Source: Rhynchobatus australiae (Eukaryota). Taken from it: a stretch of DNA of 59,510 bases. A program made the position numbers and the translations under genes. The stretch is taken from contig JAUZTB010000001.1 in NCBI GenBank assembly GCA_034780895.1, forward strand, positions 52,933,880 through 52,993,389, given 5' to 3'. Below the pieces are notes generated by a model that worked only from the letters and a program-made list of their open reading frames with translations, was not told the origin of the DNA and ran no database searches. Below, piece after piece: positions 12,640-24,856 of this stretch. Every line of letters begins with the position of its first letter. The stretch's first letter is position 1.

Positions 12640-13920
12640 AGTAAGGTTGCAAGTAAATTGAGAGACTGTGTTCACAAAGCAGACCCAGAGAAAGTGGGAT
12701 TGGAGAGAAAAGTGGGATTGCAGACCTTGCACATAGTAAGATGGTTGCAGTTTTTGGAAGGGGCAATTATTCTAGTCCTAGGACATCATTGCAAGAGTTC
12801 CTCAGGTTGGTGTCCTAGGCCCAACCATCTTCAGGAACTTCATCAATAACATTCATCAATTCTAACCTTTTGATGAAGGAATCCATACTGATAATTGCAT
12901 GATGTTTAATTTCCCTTGCAATCCCTCAACAAATAAAACTGTCCATGCCTCCATGCAGCAAGATCTAAACAGCATTCAGGCATAGACTGATCAGACACAA
13001 ATAATACGTGCCACAAAAGTGTCAGGCAACATCTATCTCCAACAAAAGAATGTCTAATCACCTACTCTTACATTCAATGGCATTATTATTGCCAAAGTGC
13101 TCCACCATCAACATTCTGTGGATCACCATTAATGGGAACGCAACTGGATCAGTCACATAAATACTTTGGTTACAAGAACAAGTCAAACGCTGGGTAATCT
13201 ACAGTGAACGACTCGGCCTCCTAACACCCCAAAGTTTTTCCATCATCTGTAAGGGAAAAGTCAGGGGTGTGGTAGAATATTTTCCACTTGCCTAGATCAA
13301 ACAATTCTCAAGCTGCTCATTATTATCCAGGACAAATTAACCCACTTAAATGGCATTCCATTATCTATAAGCATTCAACTCCTGTAACACCAGTCTGCAG
13401 TATGTATCATCTCCAAAATTCACTTTAGTGGATTCATTACCCACCAAGATATCTACATTGCTCTCCCATCAATCCCTCTTACTGAACGACTTTTCATTCA
13501 CAGTGATATCAACCTTCTTTCACATAATCCCTTCTCTACATTTTGGCTTTATACCTTATTGATTTCACTACCAACCCTATTCACCTGTAATATTTCTCAC
13601 ATTATAAGGTGCGTTCATTTAGGATACACTGACAGCACCGTGACCTTTACCAAGAAGGACAACACATGGGAACACACCATCTGCAGGTTCCCCTCCAAGT
13701 CACATGCCATGCTAATTTGGAAACATATCACCATTCTTTCGTCAACAATGGCTCTAACTCCTGGAACTCACTACCTTCCAGCACTGTGGAAGTACTTTCA
13801 CCAGAAGGACTGCAATAGTTCAGGAAGGTTACACACACTACCAACTTCTCAAGGGCAATTACAGATGAGCAATTAGTGCTGGCTTTGCTTGTGACAGCCA
13901 GGTCCTGAAAAATGAATAAC
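12640..13920 (+). mobile_element. CR1/L2-group LINE, RT to 3' end
   Basis: 'gagttcctcaggttggtgtcctaggcccaaccatcttc' encodes the VPQxxVLGPTIF RT motif; 3' tail 'cttctcaagggcaattacagatgagcaattagtgctggc'. An older copy of the same family lies at about 17280-18030. Confidence 0.75.
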
Positions 13921-14391
13921 TGAAAGGTGAAAGGTGAAAGGTGAAGATAGATGCAAGGAAGTGATCTGAGATAGACCTTTCTGCAAGATTCTTTATTTTA
14001 CATTGACTTAGGGAAAATGGCTGCTAATAGCAACAATGGCATTTGTTGTTCATTCTTAATTGCCCTTAGGAAGGTAGTGGTGAACCATCTTCTCTAACAG
14101 CAGTAGTCCTTGTAGTGAAGGAATTCCCATGGTGCTTTCGGGTAGGGAGTTTCAGTGATTAGGTTGAGATGATGAGACTAGCAAATCTCAGAAAAAGGTG
14201 GCCTTGAAGTGATCGCTAGCTTATAATGTGAGAAATATTATAGGTGAATAGGGTTGGTAGTGAAATCAGTAAGGTATAAAGCCAAAATGTAGAGAAGGGA
14301 TTATGTGAAAGAGTGTTGATATCCCTGTGAGTGAAAAGTCATTCAGTAAGAGGGAAAGATGGGAAAGCAATGTAGATATCTTGGTGGGTAA
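13437..14391. repeat. 172-bp inverted duplication (arms 13437-13608 and 14220-14391)
   Basis: Manual alignment of arm 1 with the reverse complement of arm 2 shows about 10 mismatches in 172 bp and no indels. Confidence 0.92.
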
Positions 14392-15377
14392 ACTTTTATT
14401 GGATTTGTACTACCAAGTATAGGGGTTTTAAATGAGAAACAAGAAAGGTGAAGCAAGGTAGAAGCTCAAAAGTAGAGAAAATGGCAGATGAAAGCAAAGC
14501 TCCACCTATCCCAAGATTGGGCAATACCCCCTCACTATAAGTGCTGTTTTGAGTGATGACAGATGCACCCATTAAACCTTTCAGATACTCCATTCTGCTT
14601 AAGGTAGTATTGTTTTCCCTTAGCTGAATCAACATGTTTCACAAAGTGGACAGTTGTTGTGCAGTTATTTTGCCTTTAAGTGAAGAAGACTCAGTTATGT
14701 GACAGTGGACTATATATGGAGCTGGACAGGGTGGCGCAAAAGAGGAAATGCACAGAATTACAGAAACACACCTTGCTTTAATTTTCTCTGGATACCAATT
14801 CTCTAATCAGCTGCATTGGCACATGAGATTGCTGGTGAGAATATTAACATTGTGTGACAGTGTAAAATAGGTAATATCAAGTGAGCCACCCTTGGTCAAT
14901 TAGTCATTCTGTTGAAGTCTACAGAAGGGAAAGTTTAATGTGTAGTCATAGAACCAGAGAACAGTATAGGAGAAGGCTATTTGGTGCATTAGATAGTGGG
15001 CTGTTAATTCAATATCACGTACCCTTTCCCTCCCTTGTGTCAATTTCTGGTCTTGGTATCATTAACTCCTCAGATTTCATTCAAAATTATTTAAATCATC
15101 ATTGAAGACAATCCTGCAAAATTTACCCTGGGCCCCCATGTGTTGCTCGGTGTGTTAATTCACAGTGTGGCATTCTAGGAAGTGATACAAGCAAATATGG
15201 GGTTAAAGTGAATGTTTACTCAGACTTGTTAGCACATTTTTATTGTACATTATTTCATATTTGTCATTTAAACAGATCTTAAATATTTACAAGCCAATGA
15301 ACCTTCTATTTTATAATGTAGTCTACTGTAGTAATGAAAGGGCCAAGGAGAGGGTATCTAACCATATCAACAGGTCC

Positions 15378-15977
15378 ATTTTTGCTAATTTTTTCTTAAA
15401 CCTTCTATGACTGAAATCATTTTTAAAGAATGGGATAGATTGGGTATTAATCATTTTCAGGATCTGCCTGTTGAAGGAAATTTCTTAACGTTTGAACAAT
15501 TGTCAACTAAATATAATTTGTCAAAAACTCACTTTTTTCGATATTTGCAAATTAGAGATTTTCTCTGATCTCAAGTGCATACCTTCCCCATAAGTCCTGA
15601 TAAGAACTTACTAGATGTAATTTTTAATTTGAAGCCTTTCTATGATGCTTCAATATCCAAGATTCATGGTAGATTATCAGGAATGAATAATGTCCCTTTA
15701 GACAAAATTAAATACGCTTGGGAACGTGATCTGCAGATTTCAATTTCTGAGGAGACTTGGAATCAAATTTTTAAACTGGTTAATACTTCATCACTATGTG
15801 TGCGTCACTCCCTCCTTCAATTTAAAGTGGTCCGTAGAGTCCACTTGTCCAAAGACAAGCTACCGCGTTTCTATTTGGATATATCTCCATATTGTGACAA
15901 ATGCAATAATGGAGAGGCTTCTTTAATTCATATGTTTTGGTCATGTCTGAGTCTGGAAAAATTCCAGATAGAGGTAT
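15378..15977 (+). mobile_element. L1-clade LINE ORF2 C-terminal fragment (CCHC/zf-RVT region)
   Basis: ORF 15575-16042 'WERDL...LLQFKVVRRVHLS...CDKCNNGEASLIHMFWSC' is the L1-type Cys-rich tail; flanked by a 61-bp direct repeat. Confidence 0.85.
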
Positions 15978-16676
15978 ATGCAGTCTACTGTAGTAATGAA
16001 AGGATCAGGGAGAGAATATCCAACCATATTAACAGGCCTTAGCATGCTTACTTGACATGAATCAAGGGCTCTACTGGCTCATGGTTAGTGACTGTTTACA
16101 GAATTTTGCCATCTGCATCTAGTACAGCTGTAATGAAGTTCCAAATACCAGTGGTTGACAAGTTCCACAACTACCCTGAAGTATTATGTGTGGAGCCTAT
16201 TTCTGACTAAGTTCTGCTCATAGATATCTGGTAGCTGATCTATCAATCAGCGCTGTGAGCATTTTCATCCACTTTCCTATTGAAATGCATGACAACATCC
16301 TTAAATACTGCATTTTTCAAAGGATGTTATTGCCGACTATTGTACACCCACTCATTAAGCCACTTTGAGGGTCACTAAATGAATGGTGTTGAATTGGTCT
16401 AATAATATGAAGCTCTTGGAAAATTTGAACAAGTCATGACTTCCAGTTAAATACTTTTCCACATTTGCAAGTTGCACTTTTAATAATGCCCTGGATTGAA
16501 GGAGCAGCATCCACGTGATGAAGTTAAATAGTTGCACACGTTGGAAGGATTTTGAATGACTGAGATATATTGACAAATACTTAGAGATGCCATTGCATCA
16601 GGACCACAGAATCAGAATGTGAGTTGGCACTTGAAATATATATCTAAAATACATTCACTTTACTAAGTGCAATGTT

Positions 16677-17089
16677 TAAGATAAGATATCTATATTAGTC
16701 ACATGTACATCGAAACACACAGTAAAATGCATCTTTATATATCTAAAATACATTCACTTTACTAAGTGCAATGTTTAAGATAAGATATCTATATTAGTCA
16801 CATGTACATCAAAAAACACACAGTGAAATGCATCTTTTGCATANNNNNNNNNNNNNNNNNNNNNNNNNNNNNNNNNNNNNNNNNNNNNNNNNNNNNNNNN
16901 NNNNNNNNNNNNNNNNNNNNNNNNNNNNNNNNNNNNNNNNNNNTCTTTGGAATGTGGGAGGAAACTGGAGCACCTGGAGAAAACCCACACAGACACGGGG
17001 AGAATGTACAAACCCCTTACAGACAGTGGCGGAAACTGAACCTGGGTCTCTAGCACTGTAATAGTGTTATGCTAACCACTACACTACTG
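16677..17089 (-). mobile_element. tRNA-derived V-SINE with (TCTTA)n-type tail
   Basis: V-domain 'tgtgggaggaaactggagcacctggagaaaacccacacagacacggggagaatgtacaaac'; tRNA-like head at about 17030-17089; tail 'taagataagatatct'. Confidence 0.82.
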
Positions 17090-18074
17090 GTTTTGTGCAA
17101 ATTTTCTCCTTCATTTCTACTATCCACTGCAACTTTGCCAGCTATTACTAATGCCAATAAACATTATTGCCCATTTCTAATTGCTGTTAATTTAAGTCAT
17201 ACCCAAATATAAATTCTGTGCTAGTATTTTGAGTAGGTATTTTCCATAACTTTCAGTTTTATTCACAATCCTCCAATAATGAAACAACCTATGTCAGCCT
17301 ACAGCAGGATCTAAATAACATCTAGATTAGGACTAACAAGCAATTGATCACTTTCACACCATCAACGTATCAAGCATTGGCCAGTTCTATCAAGCAAAAT
17401 CACAGCCATTTTGCAATGACATTCAATTGCACCACTACCACTGAGACACCCATTAATAATACTTTAGAATTCAAAATAAATGAAAAGGCTGCATTAAATT
17501 AGTTACATTCATACTACAACTACAAAAGCAGAGCAAAACTCTACAATCAGTAGCTTCCCTCAAGGCCAACTCACCTTATTCAAGATATAGTGAAACATTG
17601 AGCACTCATGTAGTTATGCAAAAATTACCATATTTGAGAAGTTTGACATGACACAAGTCAGAACAGTTCACTTAATCAGTAGACTGATACCAAAGTCAAT
17701 ATGCACCTCCTCCATCAATAATACCATAACTTACAAGTTGTGCAAAAAAAATTACTCAGCTGGTGTATTTACATATATAGCATCTCTCCTGCAATCTCTT
17801 GCAGAAACATCATTACTGATATGATTCCCACCAAGTTACGAACTATTCTGATCAGGACATGCAATTCTGTTCCTTCATCATTGCTGGGTCAATATCCTAG
17901 AATTTCTTACCCTTTGTGGGGTCCCCATCATCAGAGGACTGTGGCAATTCAAAAAGGATCACCCCCACCATCTTAGGGGATGTAAATGGGGGAAAATAAA
18001 ACAACCTGTTTCACTGAGATTCCAAGAGATAAATAGCAAAAATATTGTATTTAGCAACTGAAAATCAAAAAAAA

Positions 18075-18300
18075 AATCCTTCAGAAGCTAGAAATCTGAA
18101 AAAAACATAGAAGGATGGGGATGTTCAGCAGGTCAAGCAGCTCTGTGGAGAAAGAAGCAGAGTTAATATATCAGAATGAAGACTCTGCCACATTTCATTT
18201 TCATCCAGAAAGTTCATGCACCTGGAACATTAACTCTGTTTCTCTCTCCATGGATGCTGCTTGGCCTTTTGTGTGTCCCCAGCATTGTCTGGTTTTAGTT
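18075..18300. repeat. Palindromic non-autonomous element built from two inverted Penelope-type termini
   Basis: Left arm '...cagcaggtcaagcagctctgtggagaaagaagcagagttaat' is imperfectly complementary to right arm 'attaactctgtttctctctccatggatgctgcttggcc...'. Confidence 0.65.
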
Positions 18301-18869
18301 ATTCCTAGGTTACGAAATCCCTTGAAGATTCTAAGATACAAGCCTGTACTCATCCTTTCCTAACAAAAATCCATGCATGTTTTGTTAGTAATACATGTCC
18401 TGACCACCAAAAAAAAAATTTACGATGCTGCATTATAGTTGTTATTCACAATCTGGTTTGAAAATCTCTGTCCATCCATTTTGCAATATACCACATAACT
18501 ATTACTTTCTGCTGCATTAATGTGCTTCTAATCTTATGTCATTAATATGACTTTCTTGCTGTTTGAAAAACATTCAAGAATCATATTGCAATTACATCGT
18601 AATGACTAGCTTTTTTTTCTAATTCTTGCGTCTAAAGTATATACTGAAGAATTACTTGTTTCAAGACTGCATTTCAAATATTATTTCATATATAAGCACA
18701 TAAATCAAATTATTCAGCATGAAAGTTGGAAAATACAGAGCTAACTTTAGCTTTCACTGTCTTACCTGAAATGAGCTCTCTTTCCATTCAACGACATACG
18801 GCAATACTTTGGCCTGAATCTGAAGTTTTCCTAAAATAAAAGAAAAAGACAAAAGTGATTTTGGAGCAA

Positions 18870-20030
18870 CTAACACAAAATACTGGAGGAACTCAGCAGG
18901 TCAGGTAGCATCCATGGAGGGAAATGAACAGTAAACATTTTGGGCCAAGACCATTCCTGAGGACTGGTAAGGAAGAGGGCAGTAGCCAGAACAAAAGGGT
19001 AAGGGAGAGGAGGAGCACAAGCTGGCAGGTGACTGGCAAGTCCAGGTGAGAGGGGGAAGGTTGGTAGATGGAGGAGGGGGGTTGAAAGGGAATGATGTGA
19101 GAAGCTGGGAGATGATTGGTGGAAGAGGCAAAGAGCTCAAGAAGGAACCCAATAGAAAAGGACAGTAGGCCATGGAATAAAGGGGNNNNNNNNNNNNNNN
19201 NNNNNNNNNNNNNNNNNNNNNNNNNNNNNNNNNNNNNNNNNNNNNNNNNNNNNNNNNNNNNNNNNNNNNNNNNNNNNNNNNNNNNNNNNNNNNNNGAGCT
19301 CAAGAAGGAACCCAATAGAAAAGGACAGTAGGCCATGGAATAAAGGGGAGGAAGTAGGCAGATCATGATGGTGAGGGAGGGGAAAGAGAAGGGGCCACAG
19401 GAATGAGGGAAATCAAGGGGGGGAGGGAGGGAAATCGGGGGAAGGAAATCTAACAGGAGGAAGGAAATCAAAAGGAAGGGAAGGAAATCAGAGGGTGAGA
19501 GGGAAATCAAGAGGGGAATGGTTACCAGTAGTTAAGAGAAATCAATGTTGATGCTGTCAGGTTAGAGATTACCAAGATGCTCCTCCAATGCCCATCTGGC
19601 CTCATTGTGGCAGTAGAGGAGGCCGTGGACAGACATGTCAGTATGGGAATGAGAAGTGGAATTAAAATGGCTAGCCACCGGGAGATTCTGGCTGTTGTGT
19701 CGGACGGAGCGAAGGTGCTTGACGAAGCAGTCCCCCAATCTGCATCGGGTTTCACCAACGTAGAGGAGGCTGCACCGGATGGATTCACATATGAAGTGCT
19801 GCCTCACCTGGAAGGACTGTTAAGGCCCCTGAATGGCGGTGAGGGAGGAGGTGTAGGGGCAGGTGTGACACTTTGCATGGCTGCAGGGTTAAGTGCTAGG
19901 AGGATGATCGATGGGGAGGGACGAGCAGACAAGGGATTTATGGAGAGAGCAATCCCTGTGCAAAGCAAAGAGGGGAGGGGAAGGGGAAGGAAAGATGTGC
20001 CTGGTGCCAGGATGTCATTGGATCTCCAAA
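18870..20030 (-). mobile_element. Penelope-like element 3' part with GIY-YIG endonuclease remnant
   Basis: ORF 19562-19807(-) 'IRCSLLYVGETRCRLGDCFVKHLRSVR...LPVASHFNSTSHSH' is a PLE GIY-YIG domain (YIGET, RxxEH, PVAxHF); pyrimidine-rich UTR and the shared terminus at 18870-18965. Confidence 0.9.
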
Positions 20031-23000
20031 GTGTCTCCAAGATGATTTTGGAGTAAACTGCACAAAACATTCATTGAAAGGACATAGTTATATCTAAGAG
20101 ACAATTATTGCCATGCCAAAATTTTATTATCAATTGACTTGACATACTTTTGTCTATCTGATAGGTTATTTATTCAAGGTAAAAAGTTCTGATTTGATCT
20201 TCAGCCAAGTTTCAAACCCCTATATTTAGTCTATCACAAAGGATGACTGTGTCCTTTATAAACATTGTCCATTTCTGTCTCTACTCACATCAATTTCTAT
20301 TGACAATTTCATGCTTGCCTTTGTTACATCCAGGATCAAATTTGTCTCTCAAAGCTGCCCTACACAAACTTGAATTCATCTCTTGTTTTGTTATTCACNN
20401 NNNNNNNNNNNNNNNNNNNNNNNNNNNNNNNNNNNNNNNNNNNNNNNNNNNNNNNNNNNNNNNNNNNNNNNNNNNNNNNNNNNNNNNNNNNNNNNNNNTA
20501 TTCACATCCATTCCATACTGATTCCTGATCATACATCTTCCTGATATGGATCATCATTCTGCATGTGTTTTGTAATAATGTAACAGGTATCATCACGGCC
20601 TTACTTTATACTCTCTCAGGAACCTACTCTAGGCCTATGTCCTAATGCAAACCACCATTCTTCCAGGTTGGGTTCTCTCTCATCCTTTTGCTCCACTATC
20701 AGAGGTTGAGACATCAGTGATTATGCCCTGCACATGGGGATTTCTCTCTGAGGCCCTTTGCCACTTTTACCTTCAAGAGCCTGGAAAAAACTTTATTCCT
20801 GCACCCTCAATCAATTCTTCAAACACTCCTGTCTCCATCAGCTCAACATCAGATTCCCCCAATTTTTGACTGAATTAATAGTCACTGAGCAAACTCTACC
20901 ATGAGATCGATTGTATTCAATACTCTAACCGCAAAATTATCCAAAAATATTATATTTCCTTGTTTAATTGGTACATGAACTAGTCTACACGAAATATTGC
21001 AGCAAAAGGAAACTTGATGGGTCAAATTAATCTTAATGCTTTTAAAAAAATACAGGCACCTTCAGATTGTTCAATATTTTGAAATATTGTATCCACATTT
21101 AAACGCATTGTTGCTCAGAACATTGTGAATTTCTATACTGTTATACAGGTTTCAACATTGTTTACTTATTAAACTGAAGCATGCCTAACTGCAAAGAAAA
21201 ACTGCAATGCACTATTTGATTAACGTAAAATTCTTCTAAAGTCTTGACCAAAATCCTCCATTATTCTCCATCACCAAAATAATTACGCAACCATTTATCT
21301 GATTTCTTTTTCGGGGACTTTGATATATGCTCATGCATTTACCTTTAAAATAACAGTGATTGCTTTTTGGAAGGTCATTCCTCTCCCGTAAATAACTCGG
21401 AAATGTTTTGAGAACATGAAGAGTTGGCCTTAACCAAAATGACATGTAATTCACAATAAATTAATGCTACCCGAGTACAGCACTTGAGTATTCTGAAACC
21501 AATGGACCAGTCGTGTTTCAAATGCAGTACAAAATATTTGTTGGAATCTAAATACTTCTTGAAATCTTCATTTTGAAAAAAGGCGGGGTGCCCAGTCTCC
21601 GTTCAGTTGTTGTGATAGCGGTGGTACCCTTTAATTACCGTGAGGTGTCTTGAGCGTTACTTTAAAAACTATCCAAATATTTAGGTGTTACATCTTTTTT
21701 TTCATAATTCGCAACATTTAGGAAGACATTTTGAAATTAAGTGTACAAATTCTAGTTTTCAAGTATACTAGATTGAATGACCATTAAATGCCGGACACAG
21801 TTTATTTCTTTAAAAAGCAGCATTGCAATACACATATACAATTAATTAAAACACTTAATTTTAATCTTTCACATCGCAAATTAATATTTAAAGAAAAACC
21901 AATATTGTTGCGATAGGACTAACTTAGCCCAAGACCTCAATTACACTACCTGATCGGAACACGAGATTCATCCGCCTTGAGCAGGTGCCTTCCGATTATG
22001 TTTAAAGCTCTTCTCCCTGGAGTTAATTGTTGAGAAGGTGAGCAGGAGCGGCCCTGTACATAAATACTTAAACAATTACTACTTTTTTTCTGTCGTGTTG
22101 CCACGCTCAGCCATGGACTAATGCAATGTACCATGAAGTGTTGGATGCGATAAATAATCCAGCGTTTGGGGAAACCTAACGCGTAATTATATTAACTGAC
22201 AAGTAGATCTTTAAATTGAGCATTAGTTAGACTACGCCATAAGATAGAGGACTCATCGCTGCATAATTGCATTGTGTTTCTCTCCACCTTGTTCCAAAAT
22301 CTAAACAACAAATGTGATGCAACCCGCAGTAATACATTGCAAACCGCTTGCTTTTCATTTGCACTGTCCCTTGAGGCCAGTTAAGCAAATATTTTAATGT
22401 CATCTTATAACCCACTTAATTACTGTAGAAAATAATTATTAGGATATGTTACTTTATTATGCTAATAATTCAGCCCTGAAACCTAATTGGTTCCTTATTT
22501 ATGCCAAAAAGCCTATAAAAACACTTTGATTGTATTTCCAGACTATCATCTCGATCAAAAAATATAGCAGGTGGAAAATTACAATCACAATTAACTGTAT
22601 TTTGTGGACTTTAGGTCTAATCTCCCTACAAACTGATAATAAGAAAAAATCCATTTCAAAGAAAAGTCTCGTCTAAAGTCTGACAGAGCAATAGCCCCTC
22701 AGTGCCGCCATAAATTAAATCAAACTCTGGGGGGTGGGTTAATGTCCTGTTTGGTATTTATAAAAAGACCTTGGTTACATTAGATTTAAATGAGTTTGTA
22801 TTTCTGAAAGGAGTTGCATTCCCTAGAAATTTCATTATTTCCTTTACATTGGATTTCAACTCTGGGGCACAGTGTTTCCATTACTGGATTATCAGTGTAG
22901 GGAATGTGTTTTCTATTCCCACACTGAGGATCTGAATTTAATTTAAGAATCTGGAATAAAGAAATACGATCGGTAAACAGGATGATAAAGTTGTATTATT

Positions 23001-23149
23001 ATTCAAAACCTCAATAATTAATATTCTTCAGGGGGAGGAAAAATTGCCCTCCTTACCCTGTTTGGGCCTATCTGCCACTCACCCCACGTGGCTGATTATC
23101 AAACGCCTCTCTGAAGTGGCCCATCAAACCAGTTTGTTAAGTTCCTTCA

Positions 23150-23760
23150 GCACATAGGAAAAGGATGCAGTCTCTAAAGCCATTCTGCCATTCAGTTAGA
23201 TCCTGCTTCCTTTTAAAGCAAAATTCTACCAATCTAAGTTTTGAAATGTTCAACTTGACCTCAATTTCAAAAGTTCACATGGGAGAATGATGTTCCCAAT
23301 TTCCATTATCCTTTGTGTGAAGAAATCTCTCCCAAAATCACCAGTGACCAGCCCAATTCTAATTTAAAGNNNNNNNNNNCCCACATTATAAAGTGTCCTA
23401 ATATAGATTCCATCTATCCCCTTGGCAGCTTGGGTTCTTGCAAACGCCTCAATTAGATCACTTCTTAACTTTCATATTCAAAGGAATAGAAATTAGACTA
23501 TGCAACCTGCCTTCTAACTTAATCCCTTCCCCTGGGATGAATCTGGTGAGTCTTGTTCCGCACTTCTCCAAGACCAATATTTCGTCCTGAGATTCAATGC
23601 CCAGAACAGATGCAGGACTCCAGAGGGAGCCTAACCAGAGCTTTATATAACTGGATCCTAACTTCCGCCTCTTTTGTATTCTGGCCCTCTCGAGATAAAG
23701 GCCAACATTCCTTTAGCCTTGAAATTATTTTTTTATATACCATCTACCAGCCTACATCTT
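23150..23760 (-). mobile_element. Decayed CR1 3' fragment
   Basis: Reverse complement of the CR1 LYKALVRxxLExCxxFWA region at about 23590-23650, plus CR1-like 3' sequence; degenerate. Confidence 0.5.
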
Positions 23761-24464
23761 GAGAATGAAAAACATCAATTTAAAAAAAACTCTCTGCTAA
23801 AAGAGGTCTCGTGGAGTTTTTGGTATTTGTAACACAGCAGGCTCAACATGCACGGATTTAATCGGAACAGTCTGCCAAATTCAGAATTAAGTTTATTTCC
23901 ACACTGTTGTTTTTGAAATAAACCTTCTCTCTCATTTGGCTGAGAATGTTCTTCAAGTAAAATAATGAACTTATTCAATGCAATGACATCATTCAGTGTT
24001 TAGAGTAGGTTAATTTGTCTCTCAATTGTTTAGATGATCTGATGCCCTTGTGTGTTACATTGATTCCATGATTCCACCTGAACATTGATATGATCAGAAG
24101 AACACCAGGAAGGTGATTTCCTCAGCATCACTACCAGTTGAATTAATTGAACTCAATGGGAACCAGGAGGTTGTGTAGGAAAGAAAGGGGAAAGAAAGGG
24201 AGGGATGGGGGAGAGAGTCAAACAGAGGCAATAATTGGATAGAGACATTCAGAGAAGGAAATGCAGGTGCAAACATTAGAGAGAAAGATGTGCAGAGGTA
24301 GAGATACACAGACAAAGAAATGAGTCTGACATAGATCGAGTAGAAGATGAGGGAACAACCAGCTGAGGGGGAATAAGCTACCAAAGGTGGTGGTGGGCAT
24401 GAGGAACAGAACTGGGTGAAGGCAGCAGAACAGATGGGAGACTTTGTTGACTGGGAAGAATATG

Positions 24465-24856
24465 TGAGATGTGGGGGGGACAGGACAGATGGGAGGACAA
24501 ATTGGGAGGGGAGTGACAGACTGGGGGAGTGACAGTGGGGGGAAGGACAGACATGGGGGGGACGTACTTGGGGGAGGGTGGGGGGGAGTGCCAGTGGGGG
24601 GAGTGACAGACTGGGGGGGGAGTGACTGGGGGGGAGGGAGTGACAGACTGGTGGGGAGGGGTGACTGGAGGGGGCAGTGACCGGGGGGAGTGACAGACTG
24701 AGTTGGGTAAGAGTAACAAGGGAGAGGAATAGTGTCAGACTGGGTGGGTAGGAGTAACAGACTGGCAGACAGGGTGAAGAGTGACAGGTGGGGGACCAGA
24801 GTGACAGACTGTGGGGATGGTGGAGAGTAACAGACTAGCTGGAGGCGGTGTGATCT
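24465..24856. repeat. G-rich degenerate minisatellite, unit about GGGGAGTGACAGACTG
   Basis: Repeated 'gagtgacagactg' units separated by G-runs; ends at an N-gap. Confidence 0.85.

Noticed and set aside
13921-13945. (TGAAAGG)3 short tandem repeat
   Set aside because: Simple repeat at a LINE 3' end; no further structure.
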